Made by a program: the position numbers and the translations under genes. From the NCBI RefSeq assembly GCF_963921235.1, contig NC_086100.1, positions 63,488,001-63,552,000 of the forward strand: 64,000 bases of DNA. The letters are read 5' to 3'. Positions 24,000 to 36,109 of this stretch are shown here, in pieces. The notes beneath the pieces were generated by a model. That model did no database searches. It had not been told where the DNA came from and saw only the letters and a list, made by a program, of their open reading frames with translations. This stretch comes from Mobula hypostoma. Lineage: Eukaryota. Each line of letters begins with the position of its first letter. Within the stretch, counting starts at the first letter, position 1.

Positions 24000-24372
24000 T
24001 GGCAATTCTCAAAGACCCTTGACCATTAGTGCAAGGGCCTTTGCCACCTTAAATCTGGAAACTGCTAAAGTTAGGTGGGGTTCCCTATTCTCCTAATCTT
24101 GTACTGTGCACTGAACCTTGTGGGGAGTTCACAATACCAGAAACCCCCGCATGTATTTCAGAAGTGTATAGAACAATTTCCTTACTGATATAAGAGTTCA
24201 ATTTCCAATGCATAAAATGGTCATTTCCAGCCGGGTGAAGATAACAGTGCCACATACCCAGTTGTAGGTCTAACCAGAATTGAGAGAAATCTCCAGACAC
24301 TTTCAAACCACTATCATAAAAATGTACCAGATTCTTTGGTAAGTGGGTAGTGAGCGCCTGCCACTTATACAA
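24000..24372 (-). pseudogene. 2H phosphoesterase-like domain between protease and RT of ERV-B
   Basis: MWHCYLH at 24241-24252 (degenerate first HxT) and, after a frameshift, REPHLTLAVSRFKVAKALALMVK at 24060-24080 (second HxT). Confidence 0.6.
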
Positions 24373-24399
24373 AATAGGTTAACTCCTACTGAAATAGTA

Positions 24400-25123
24400 T
24401 AGTCTCTGGTATACACACATTAGTTGTCTCACAAGTGCAGGTAATAGTAGCTCACATTTTACACAATAAATCTCTTCTAAATAAGTTTACAGGCACAGGA
24501 TCCTGATATCCTGTGCTAACCTCTACTGGGTTTGATTTCAGGACATTAATAGGCTGTCCTCTGTGTGGCAAGGACAGAATGCAATTTGGGCTGAAGACAT
24601 TTGCAATGGAGCTAATTGTACGTCCCATAGCCTGCACTTTTGGCACACCTGAATATTGTTCTTTTCTGTACTACCTTTTTCATATACTCTTCTCCCTTGT
24701 GTCTCCATAACCTTAGACCAATTAACCCTTTTAGGAAAGTCAACATGTAATGCCCCATACATATTTTTATAAAAATCTTTATTTGGCATCGTGGCAGGTC
24801 CTGTTCCTGAAAGCCCTGAAATTTAACCTCATAAAATTCAACCTGGGAGCCTAACCATGCCCTTGTTAAGGTTTCCAAATCCATATTACTAGCTTTGTGG
24901 CACAAAACAGTAGTTGTATATTCTAGAATAGCCTTTTCCAAATCTGTTTCCAGATTGGGCCACTCTTCTACCATGGCCCGTAATTCTCCTGCCGTCCAAG
25001 GTCGATATATACTGCTTGGTTCCCTATCCATAGTTCTTCCACCAATCCCTTCCCATAATTATTAAACATATACTATACTGATGTCCCCTTATTTGGGACA
25101 GGGAAAGACTCTCCTTGTCCCAT
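24400..25123 (-). pseudogene. gag: ERV-B gag and protease remnants
   Basis: MGQGESFPVPNKGTSV*YMFNNYG (myristoylation-type start at 25123), YRPWTAGELRAMVEEWP, FPKRVNWSKVMETQ; protease C-terminus PVNLFRRDLLCKM*ATITC. Confidence 0.8.
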
Positions 25124-25591
25124 TATGACCAGTTTCTAGTCTCTCTTCCTCACCTTACTTACCATATTTTCTTTTTCTTTTGTTCACTACAGCATCCTGT
25201 AGGGATTAAATTTATGAGCCCAGTTTCAACAAATCCCACTCTTACATACTCTTTTTATAGTTGCGTCCCTGAGACTCATACCAATGCGTCCCTAACACCA
25301 TATATGTCTCTGACAGTCCTACCAGTCAAATCTAGTCCTTGATACCCAAATGTTTCTGGTTGCCGTGCCGAAAATGTTGGAATCATAGAGAGGGAAACTG
25401 ATCCACTCAACAGGTTGTGGCACAGATTGCATTGTATAGAAATAGAGCAGGGCAGAACCCAGTATTTCCTTCTCACCTGGAAAGGAAACTTACGTTTTGG
25501 TGATCACTCTTCCACTGCATTTCCCCCGGGAACAGGCAGTCACCAGGATTCCCCTTGGTCTGCTCCTTCAGCCAACACCTGAAAAGATCAG

Positions 25592-25959
25592 TGTCTTAAA
25601 ACAACCAACAATTAACTCAGAATGGATCAATCAGAAGTGCATTTATTTTACTTACAGCAAGGGAAGACAAGCACTACACAAGTGTCAGTGATAGCTTCAA
25701 AAACAGACAGCTTAGTCCCTCCTTTATACACAAGTGTTGGCTCAGTTCAAGGAGAGGGTGCATTCTGTTTGTTTGCTTAATCAGAGGGCATTCTTCCAGT
25801 ACTGAACCTGCTTGTCTTTCTACAGTTTGTCAAGGACTCAGGTTCCATTAAATAATGTTGCACAGACACTATTAACGAAGCAGTATGGTACAATGCAGGT
25901 TCCATTTTGTTATGGACAAAAATGCTATTTTGTTACTACAAGTAAAGTGCATTTCCACA
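25592..25959 (-). repeat. ERV-B 5' LTR
   Basis: Homologous to 15739-16101; AATAAA on the minus strand at ~25642-25647. Confidence 0.9.
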
Positions 25960-26129
25960 AAGCCACAATAACAGGTAGGGAATCGAGGAATACAGACCAT
26001 GTGAAGACAAAACATTTGGTTTAGTTGGCGTAGGTTTGGTGGGTTAGAAGGTCTGTTTCTCTGCTGACCTGTTCTGTGTTTTAAAGGGAGTGTTTGTACA
26101 TTGTCCCTGCAGTGAAGGGAGGGAGCACA

Positions 26130-29100
26130 CATTCTTGCTGTTGGATTAGCATGTGCACGTGCGCCGGTCGTGCATGCAGCCTGTTACAGTTGCTCCGTAG
26201 TTTCTTACTTTTAAACTTTATAATTTAGTTACTTCTTGTATTTTTTTTCTCACGGTAACACGTTGAAGCTGCACCCTCTCTAACATGCTGGTGGAGAGAG
26301 TTTTACTTGTTTTTTTAGCGCTGGAATTAGTTACATTCGGACATGTCTCGTTAGCGTGGCAGCAGGATGGCCGCATTGTGTATTCCAGGGACCAATTGAT
26401 TACGCTCATGCCCGCTGGTTTAGTGAACAGAGCAGCGGACATCCTGGCTGAAATCTGGAGGAAAGCACACAGAGGATTCAGAGGGGGGTCAAAAAGGCGA
26501 GGGAAGAGGACCGGGTCGAGACAACAGAGGCTTATGGAGAAGAGAAGTTATAAGCCGTGTCTCCCCTCTCTCATCATGGGAAATGTGAGATCGCTGGGGA
26601 ATAAAATGGACGAACTGACGGCGCTTGTCAGGAGTCAGAGAACATTTCGGGAGAGCAGTATCATGTGCTTCACTGAGACGTGGCTTCACGAGGACATACC
26701 CGATCAAAGCGTTTCCACAGAGGGCTTCTAGACCGTTCGAGCTGACCGGAATTGCACTGAGAGCGGTAAGCGTAAAGGAGGGGGGCTGGCGGTTCTGGTA
26801 AATAACAGATGGTGCAATCCTGGGCATATTACGATCAAGGAACGTGTCTGTAGCCCGGATATTGAACTTTTTGCTGTTGGACTCCGGCCGTATTATTTGC
26901 CAAGGGAAATCTCGCATGCAATTGTGGTTGTTGTGTACATCCCTCCCTCTGCAACCCGACGTTGGCGTGTAACATCATTTACACCGTCATAGCCAGACTA
27001 CAAACCCAGCACCCGAGTGCCCTCATTACCATCTCGGGTGACTTCAACCATGTTACCATGGCTAGAACACTGCCCAACTTCACGCAGTATGTGAGCTGTA
27101 CAACCAGAGGGGAGAGGACTCTGGATTTGATGTATGCTAACGTTAAGGATGCATAGAGCTCCTCTCCCCTCCCCCCACTGGGAAGGTCAGATCACAACCT
27201 GGTGCATCCAAAACCCTGCTACGTGCCTCTGGTGAAGAGTAAACGTGTAACCTCGAGGACAGTGAGGAAATGGTCGGAGGATGCTTATGAGGCACTCCAG
27301 GGTTGTTTTGAGGTGACAGACTGGTAGGCACTCTGTGAGCCACATGGAGAGGATATTGATCGGCTCACGGAGTGCATCACGGATTACATCAACTTCTGTG
27401 TGGACTGCAATATTCCGACAAGAACTGTCCGTTGTTATTCAAATAACAAGCCATGGGTGACAAAGGACATTAAAGACATCCTGAATGTTAAAAAGAGGGC
27501 ATTTAGAGATGGAAATAGGGAGGAGCTGAGGGCAATACAGAGAGACCTGAAAGCCAGAATCAGGGAGGCTAAAGACAGGTACAGAAGGAAGCTTGAGTGG
27601 AAACTCCAGCAGAACAACATGAGAGAGGTCTGGAGGGGGATGAGGACCATCACTGGGTTCCGGCAAACTAGCAACAGAGGAGCTGAAGGCAGTGTGGACA
27701 GGGCCAATGAACTTAACCTGTTCTTTAACAGATTTGACATTGTGGCCCCGGCCCATCCCCCACATGAGCCACTGTTGTCGGCCCCCAACCAACACATATT
27801 CCACTTTCCCCTCCTACCCCTCCTCACAGTCCCCCACCCTCCTCTCATGACTATACCCCTTCCCCACACGAAACCACCACGGTGGGCTTCACAGCTGAAC
27901 AGGTGAGAAGACAGCTGAAATGTCTCAACCCAAGCAAGGCTGCAGGACCGGATAATTTCAGTACCAGGGTGCTCAAAGCCTGTGCCCCTCAGCTATGTGG
28001 AGTACTTCGCCATGTATTCAACCTGAGCCTGAGGCTCCGGAGGGTTCCTGTACTGTGAAAGACGTCCTGCCTCGTTCCTGTGCCTAAGACGCCGCGTCCC
28101 AGCGGCCTCAATGACTACAGGCCGGTGGCATTGACTTCCCACATCATGAAGACCCTGGAGAGACTTGTTCTGGAGCTGCTCCGGCCTATGGTCAGGCCAC
28201 ACTTAGATCCCCTCCAGTTCGCCTACCAGCCCCAACTAGGAGTTGAGGATGCCATCATCTACGTGCTGAACCGTGTCTACGCCCACCTGGACAAGCCAGT
28301 GAGCACTGTGAGGGTCATGATTTTTGACTTCTCCAGTGCGTTCAACACCATCCACCCTGCTCTGCTGGGGGAGAAGCTGACAGCGATGCAGGTGGATGCT
28401 TTCCTGCTGTCATGGATTCTTGATTACCTGACTGGCAGATCACAGTACGTGTGCCTGCAACACTGTGTGTCCGACAGAGTGATCAGCAGCATTGGGGCTC
28501 CACAGGGGACTGTCTTGTCTCCCTTTCTCTTCACCATTTACACCTCGGACTTCAACTACTGCACAGAGTCTTGTCATCTTCAGAAGTTGTCTGATGACTC
28601 TGCCATAGTTGGATGCATCAGCAAGGGAGATGAGGCTGAGTACAGGACTACGGTAGGAAACTTTGTCACATGGTGTGAGCAGAATTATCTGCAGCTTAAT
28701 GTGAAAAAGACTAAGGAGCTGGTGGTAGACCTGAGGAGAGCTAAGGTACCGCTGACCCCTGTTTCCATCCAGGGGGTCAGTGTGGACATGGTGAAGGATT
28801 ACAAATACCTGGGGATACGAATTGACAATAAACTGGACTGGTCATAGAACACTGAGGCTGTCTACAAGAAGGGTCAGAGCCGTCTCTATTTCCTGAGGAG
28901 ACTGAGGTCCTTTAACATCTATCGGATGATGTTGAGTATGTTCTACGAGTCGGTGGTGGCCAGTGCTATCATGTTTGCTGTTGTGTGCTGGGGCAGCAGG
29001 CTGAGGGTAGCAGACACCAACAGAATCAACAAACTCATTCGTAAGGCCAGTGATGTTGTGGGGATGGAACTGGACTCTCTCACGGTGGTGTCTGAAAAGA

Positions 29101-29447
29101 GGATGCTGTCTAAGTTGCATGCCATCTTGGTCAATGTCTCCCATCCACTACATAATGTACTGGGTGGGCACAGGAGTACATTCAGCCAGAGACTCATTCC
29201 ACTGAGATGCAACACAGAGCGTCATAGGAAGTCATTCCTGCCTGTGGCTATCAAACTTTACAACTCCTCCCTTGGAGGGTCAGACACCCTGAGCCAATAG
29301 GCTGGTCCTGGACATTTCCTGGCACAATTTACATATTACTATTTAATTATTTATGGTTTTATTACTATTTAATTATTTATGGTGCAACTGTAACGAAAAC
29401 CAATTTCCCCCGGGATCAATAAAGTATGACTATGACTACTACTACTA
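26130..29447 (+). mobile_element. near full-length Rex1/Babar-type LINE (APE + RT), disrupted
   Basis: GNVRSLGNKMDEL, CFTETWL, SGDFNH, SDHNLV (APE); NDYRPVALTS, DFSSAFNTI, GAPQGTVLSP, LSDDS, YKYLG (RT); stop at 29300; aataaa followed by a (atgact)/(act)n tail. Confidence 0.92.
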
Positions 29448-29614
29448 TCCATTCGATTCAGAATGGGAATCACTAGCACCAGCTGACAAGATTTGATTTT
29501 AACTATGCCCACAACTTTTAAATCAGAGATGCTCATAGGCTCAGTATCTGTTGGGAAACATTTCAAGCATCCAGGAGATTAGGGTAAACGAAAGAGCAAC
29601 ATTGAGGGTGACAA

Positions 29615-30150
29615 AAATCAAAGTCAAATTGGAGTTTATTGTCATCAGCACAAGTAGATGCATGAAATGTGCGTGGAAAAACCTACTTACAGTAGCATGG
29701 CATGCACAAAGTATCACGTAGGATTTGCAAGAAAAGTGCAAATTAAACATAAATTATACACAATTTTTACCAGAAAACACGATTAGAATAATAAAAAGTT
29801 AATTTTTGTGCAAAGTGGTCGTTGTATTGTTAAACAGTAGTGATTAGGGTTTTGCCAGTTGGTTCAAGAATGCTGCTCTTCCAGAACCTGGAGGGATGGG
29901 ACTTCAGGCTTCTGTACCTGCTGCCTGATGGTAGCTGCAAAAAGATGGGAAAACCTGGATGGTGGTGATATTGCCTTCTTGGTGCAGCACCTCCTGTAGA
30001 TACCAACGACGGTGGGGGTGGGGGAGATCTGCCCGTTACACTCCTGCACATTTGAACTACCATTCCAGACCATGACGCAACCAGTCAGAATACTTCGAAC
30101 AGTACATTTGTTGAAGATTTTCAGTTGCTGTTTTCTTTTATTTGACAACA
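29615..30150 (-). mobile_element. Rex1-like LINE 3' fragment
   Basis: CTVRSILTGCVMVWNG and FLQLPSGSRYRSLK on the minus strand; typical tail at the left end. Confidence 0.75.
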
Positions 30151-30485
30151 TTTGTGATCCAACCACTGCTGCATTGACTTTCCCTTTACAGATAGCTCAC
30201 CCTGACTCCAGCTGCTGGTCACACCAGGAGGGCACAGTATAAATCTGTGTTTCTGTGTTCAGAGCTGCTCTAGGCTGTTATTCACTCCCATTTATTCCTC
30301 CCTCTCTTGCAAGTGAGTTGTCTTCCACCAGCTTGGGAGTGTTATATACAGTAGATAATGCTAGGACAGGCAAAGGCACAAGGAAATGGGTGCAAAGAGA
30401 ATGCACAAGCCGACTAACCAATGTATCATGTTCTTTTGTCATGATTGGTACTACAAAAATATTAGAAATATTAATTTGGTTAGAT

Positions 30486-31475
30486 CAGGGGTCCCCAACC
30501 TTTTTTGCACCGAGGACCAGTTTATTATTAACAATATTCTTGCGGACCGGCTGACCTGGGAGGGTGGGGGCAGGGTTGCCAACGGACAAGAGTAGCAGTC
30601 AAATACATTGTGTTTACCCGGAGAAAGACTACCATTACCATGAAGCCTTGCACGGGCACCTGTGTGCGCATGCGTGTACATGCCGATTTTTTTTTCTACA
30701 AATCATTTTTGTCGATTCTGTTCAGTGAAACTACACTATACATACATTATTTCTACTTTATATAGGCTGTGTATTTATCATATCATTCCTGCTTTTACTA
30801 TATATTAGTGTTATTTTAGGTTTTATGCAACACAGCGCATGAATATAGTGATAAGTCACTTATAAGTCAATAGAATCATAACATTTTAAGTAATGTTTGG
30901 ATATTAAACACACAGCACATATTTTCCTCGTATGAACATATAAAATCATTGCAACACAGCAATATCGCTGAATCAGTGGGAGCCCTGGGCTTGTTTCCTG
31001 CAGCAAGACGATGCCATCAAGGGATGAAGGGAGACAGCGATACTCAAAGGGGGTTCCTTATGTCCAGTCTATTCCGCAATTTAGTTTTCATTGCATTCAT
31101 TGCAGAAAAGTCCGCTTTGCAGAGATATGATGTTGGAAATGAAAGCAACGTTTTCAGTGCTTTCGTGGCTATCTCAAGATATTTAGCCTTGACTTTGATC
31201 CGGAATGCTGGCAGAGATGTTATGTCAAACATATTTTTCAGCCCGCCGTCATTTGCAAGCTCGAGGAGTTGATCTTCTTCCCACGCTGACATGGATGACG
31301 CGTGGGTAATGACCTCACTTGCGTAATGACCTCGCGTGCGTTTAAGTTCAACAGTGGGCATGTCAGGGAATGAGGAAAGGTGCTGCTGACTCATATCGTT
31401 TCATATCGCCAAATCATATCGTTTCCTCGTGGCCCAGTAGCACATGCTTTGAAGTCCGGTGGTTGGGGACTGTAG
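30486..31475 (-). mobile_element. hAT-Charlie-type non-autonomous element
   Basis: Termini caggggtccccaacc / ggttggggac; 8-bp TSD ggttagat at 30478-30485 and 31476-31483; dimerisation-domain remnant LLSFPTSYLCKADFSAM..KTKLRNRLD. Confidence 0.9.
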
Positions 31476-31679
31476 GGTTAGATCTTGTGTTCAGCTACCA
31501 TTGTGATGTAAGGCTAGAATCTGTGGTCTGATGAGACATACTGTTGCTTTAAATTTTTAATATTCATTGGATTACTGCTGCATTAAATTTTCAAAGATGT
31601 TTTCTAATTGCCTAGACAAGAGGCCCAAGGACCAGTTTGTTATCCTGCTGCTGTGCTGAAGATACAAGTATTCCCATTG

Positions 31680-33330
31680 GATTGAAACAAAAAATATGTT
31701 GGAGGAATTTAGTGGATTGAGCAGTATGTGGGAGGAAAGGAATTGTCGCCATTTTGGGCTGAAACACTGCATCAGAACGAAGAGGGGAGCAGCAGATTGG
31801 TCCGTGTAGAAAGGAGATGGGGAGTGGTGGGAAAGAAGCTCAAGGTGATTGGTGGACAGAGGAGGGGTGTAAGATTACAGGCAGTTGAGACATGCTGGCT
31901 GGTGAATGATGTGGTCAGAGAGTGAGAGTGAGAGTGAGAGAGTGAGAGAGTGAGAAAGATAGAGATAGATAGATATGGAGCAAGGTTGGGGGGGGCAAGG
32001 AGACAGCTGTTGAAAGGAGTTAAGCACGAACACAAAGGGCTAAAGTCTGGTTTATACTTTGCCGCAAACCCTACGCAAAGCCGATGCGGAACCCAATGCG
32101 AGAGCCTGCGTTGCTGCGCCACGCACCTCTCCCAAAATGTAACCATGCGTCACGGCAACGCAGAACGCAACAACTGTGATTGGTCCGCTTGGTAGCATCG
32201 CATGTCATCCTACGCTGCAATAGCTTCCCATTGGGTGACTGAAGGGCAGGGAAGGAACTCTGGCTGTAGTACTTTCCATAAAGCTTTACAGACCTCCGAA
32301 ATTATGGAGGACACATTTCGCACGAGAAAAGACGCTTGCGTCTGTTTACCCCAAGACAACCATGACCATGAAGCCTTGCGCAGGCAGGTGAGTACGCATG
32401 CAAATTGCCGAGCGATGCAGACACACCAACGCACAAGTATAAATGCTCACAACGCACGTAGGCCACTTGCGTAGGTTACAGCGTCCAGTTAACGCAGAAG
32501 TATAAACCAGATTTAACACTAAGAATGTGATAATGGAACCATTAGAGGAGGGGTAAATTACATTTGGAACCAGAATCAGATTGGAAGGGACAGCTGAACT
32601 GAATGTATTCAGTGGCTGGATGGAATAAAATGGGTAAGCAGGATGAAGGTGGGTGAGAGAGCTGAAGGATACGAGGGAAAGGGGGCAAAAATAGAAAGAA
32701 GAGAGGAGGATTGGAAGGGGCAGAAGGAGAAATGAACAATCCTCAAGAGGGGAATGTGGCATAACATTGGAAAACTCACCATTCATGCCATTGAATTGTA
32801 GAGCTCACAGGTGGAATATGAAGTGTTGTTTCTCCAGTTTTGCGATGGCTCTCATCCTGGCAGTAGAGAATGAACAGGTTACTGTAGGAATAGGAAGGGA
32901 AGTTGAAATAGCATGCAGCTGGGAGTTTGGGCTGGTTAATGTGGACCAAGAACAAGTGTCCTGCAGAATGATCATCCAGTCTGTGCTTGATCTTGCCAAC
33001 GTAGATGGAGCCCACGTCAACAGCACTTAATACAGTAGATGAAGTTAGAGGAGATAAACCTTTGCTCTTACGTGGAAGTGCTATTTAGATTGCTGGATGG
33101 TAGTAAAAGAAGAGATGTAAGTTCAAGTGGTAGACCTCCTGCGAGTGCAAGGCAAAGTGATAGGTGTCAGGGAGGGATGAGTGGGGAGGGTGAACAGACC
33201 AGGGAATTGCTGAAGGTGTGGGTTCTGCAGAAGACAGAATGGTTAGGGAGGAGAAGATGTGGATGGGTGGAAATAATGAAGGGTTGAATGGTAAAGTGTC
33301 TGTTGAAACATGAAGTAAACAGCTTAATCC
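31680..33330 (-). mobile_element. old Penelope-like fragment, containing a (GAGAGT)n/(GATA)n microsatellite at ~31918-31975
   Basis: GIY-YIG-like remnant IYVGKIKHRLDDHSAGHL and KLEKQHFIFHL on the minus strand; pseudo-LTR remnant at 31680-31780. Confidence 0.7.
32044..32513. mobile_element. PIF/Harbinger-type MITE
   Basis: TIRs agtctggtttatactt / aagtataaaccagatt; TAA TSDs at 32041-32043 and 32514-32516; CpG-rich interior. Confidence 0.85.
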
Positions 33331-36109
33331 AACTTCCAATAGCAGGTTTGTAACTTCAGCTCCCAATTAGGTGAAGAATCAGGGATCAAAAATAAACAGA
33401 ATTTAAGATAAATGAAACAAAGGTGCATGAAGAAAATCTATTTTTGGAACATTCTGTTAGTGTTTGGAATGCATTGTCCTCCAGGCTGCTAGAAACAGAA
33501 TCAAGTGAAGGGAAAGTATTTGTAGGATTAGAGAAAAAGAGCCAGTGAACTCACTGGATTGAATCACCTCTATTTATGCTGAAATAATTCTCTGGCTCTC
33601 ATGTGGAGTTTCTGAGGGAAAAGTGAGCTAGACATCAAAGCTTCAGAAATCCTACTTTTAAAAGGGCCTCAGCTGTAACAAGAACAATTTCCTTCATGCC
33701 CTTGGTAAATGTAGTTACAATAATAAACTAAGAAATTATGTAAAACTTCAATCCAAAAGCTTGTTTTAGTGTAGCACTAGAAAATTCAAAATACTAAAAT
33801 AAGCATTATCCTTCAAAAAAAATTTGATCTGTTGTCACCTGCTTCATTAAGCATATACTTGGCAATTTTGTGGAAATTTCTCTTCGTGTATACTTTTGAA
33901 ATCTCATAATTGATGACTATATCACCATTTCCTATAAGCTGGTGTGTTTAGCGTCAGCCATTCTCATTGATGATGTGATCAATAGCTGCAGCATTATAGC
34001 TTTTGCAACTGGTGCACAGCATCTGTTTCTGTGAGAATATTTGGGATCGAACTGTACTGCCGTCATGTTTGATTGGCACATGTCGAGTTATTTGGCAACT
34101 TTCATACATATAGAAGGAAGACATGAATGTTGGACTGCAGAGTTGTCACAACTTCTCAAAAATGATACTTTGACATGAGGCACTTGCATTAAGGAGGAGA
34201 GAGATAAGGGATGTGTATTGGAATCAAAAGCAAGAAAACCCACAGGCAATTTTCCACATGTTTGATCAATGTATTTAATCAAGGGTATTTTAAAAATCAT
34301 TTTTCTACAATGGGAATCAGAAATCAAAGTCAATATTTGACAAGCAGGTGAAGTTAGAACATTTTGCCGATGCTGAAATGCAGTTTCCTGACACTTTTTT
34401 TAAAGCAACGTGTCAATGGCAGTTATTATTCCTAGAACATTCATTTTACTGGGGGCTTTACCAAGAATTGAAAAATATGATTTTCTGCTAAGTCTTGCTG
34501 CCTGATTGTTGGTCTTTTTAGGATGACAATAATCACATGATGTCCATTGTTCTGGATTCACTCATTATGCCAAACAGTAACAGAAATGTTTTCTGGACAA
34601 TGGGCAATGCTTTCAGTGCCATCTTTCAAAATAGTCTGTTCGTCTCCAACATCAACCTTCCTTTTCATATGTTTCATCTTGAATACCAGGCAAGATGCCA
34701 CTGTGCTTCACAATGCTGGCCAACTTGTAGTCAACAAGGCACACAGGATATCAAATACAGGTATGTGCCATTGTGCTAGCTGTTGTCAAGCAATGGCATT
34801 TTAGTTGACCACAAAGATGTCAAGACTTAGAGGCATAAAAACTTGCTTTTCTGTGATCTTGCGCAAGTATTACCTGGATTCAGCTTGTGCCAAAAGCTAT
34901 GGATTATGCTTAGTAATTCGCAACAACTTTTACATTGCTGTTTTCTTCCCAAACAGAAAATAAGGTTATCTGCTAAAATGAATCTGGTGGAATGTAATGT
35001 GCTCTTTCAAAACTGACCCATTATAAGCTAGCACAAGAGGTACTAACCCCAGACATCCATGCACTTCAGAAGCCTTTGAATAGTTTGCTAGACTCAAAAG
35101 TTACGATGTTTATTTGTTTCTTTTCAAAGTCCATATGAATAACATTATCAAACACGGTTTTACCATGTGAAATTCATTATTTAATTTCACATACTTTATA
35201 AATTTTTGGATTATATGGGTTGTTTTCTGAAAAGTTCTATTTTCTTCTTTTTGTGACCATTAATACGACACTTTGTGTTCTTGTTTAGAACAAAGTAACA
35301 ATTTTTCTTTGAAAGACAAACAAAACTAATTTTGACGTTATTGCTAATAATTTTCAGTTGCTGCTACTTCCAAAGATTTTGAATGTGAGGTTAATTATCT
35401 TCAACAATAAACTAATTGAAAAACTGTTAGCATTTACTTTTTATTCATAACAGTGTTACCAAAGTCCATGCAACAATTAAATAAAAATATATTTTATCAT
35501 AGATTTGCATTGCATGATGAATTCAGTTCACATCAATCTGAACACATTTATGCAAAGCCATAACCCACACATATTAAAGATATGGGATATAACTCACAAA
35601 TAATGGCAGGGAATCTATTGCTTTTATTAATGTAGGTGTGGGTGAAGGGGATAATTTGGTGTGTCCAAAACAGGAACTTAGCCAGTATGTTGACTGGTTT
35701 CTGTAGGTAATGACCCAAGATGAAAGACAAATTTGAATAATTCATTGAAATTTTGCTGGTTCAACAGGATATGAGATTAGTTGGCCCGCTGTTAGATTTG
35801 GGAAGGACATGGCGATTGTGTGTCGAAGCTTGAATACTTTGGCAACAGTTCAGAGGTTTGTTATGGATCCTGGTTGAAAGTCTGACTACAGAAGTTCTTG
35901 GTTTCCTTTTGAGTGGCTCTAATGTTGGTTCTTCGGGTAAACAATTAGGTTATTCAGAGTCTACCATAGACACACTCCATTCACTTGTACCATTGTCAGT
36001 CTTACTCCTTCAGATTTGCTTTTGTCTATTTCAGACAATGGGGCTGCTTCCCTATTTGCTAGTGTGCTTGAATATGACATCATAGTCTTGGGTGTAACTC
36101 GGCTAGCTC

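Larger units (their letters stand above)
15739..25959 (-). mobile_element. ERV-B: class I (gamma/epsilon-like) endogenous retrovirus, gag-pro-2H-(deleted RT/RH)-IN-env, with nested CR1, HERO, hAT and Penelope
   Basis: LTR pair 15739-16101 and 25592-25959 starting TGTGGAAATG on the minus strand; PPT next to the 3' LTR; all gene remnants in retroviral order. Confidence 0.92.

Noticed and set aside
25555-25591. PBS for ERV-B (TGGCTGAAGGAGCAG, weakly tRNA-Ser-like)
   Set aside because: Too many mismatches and an uncertain LTR boundary; the tRNA cannot be assigned.
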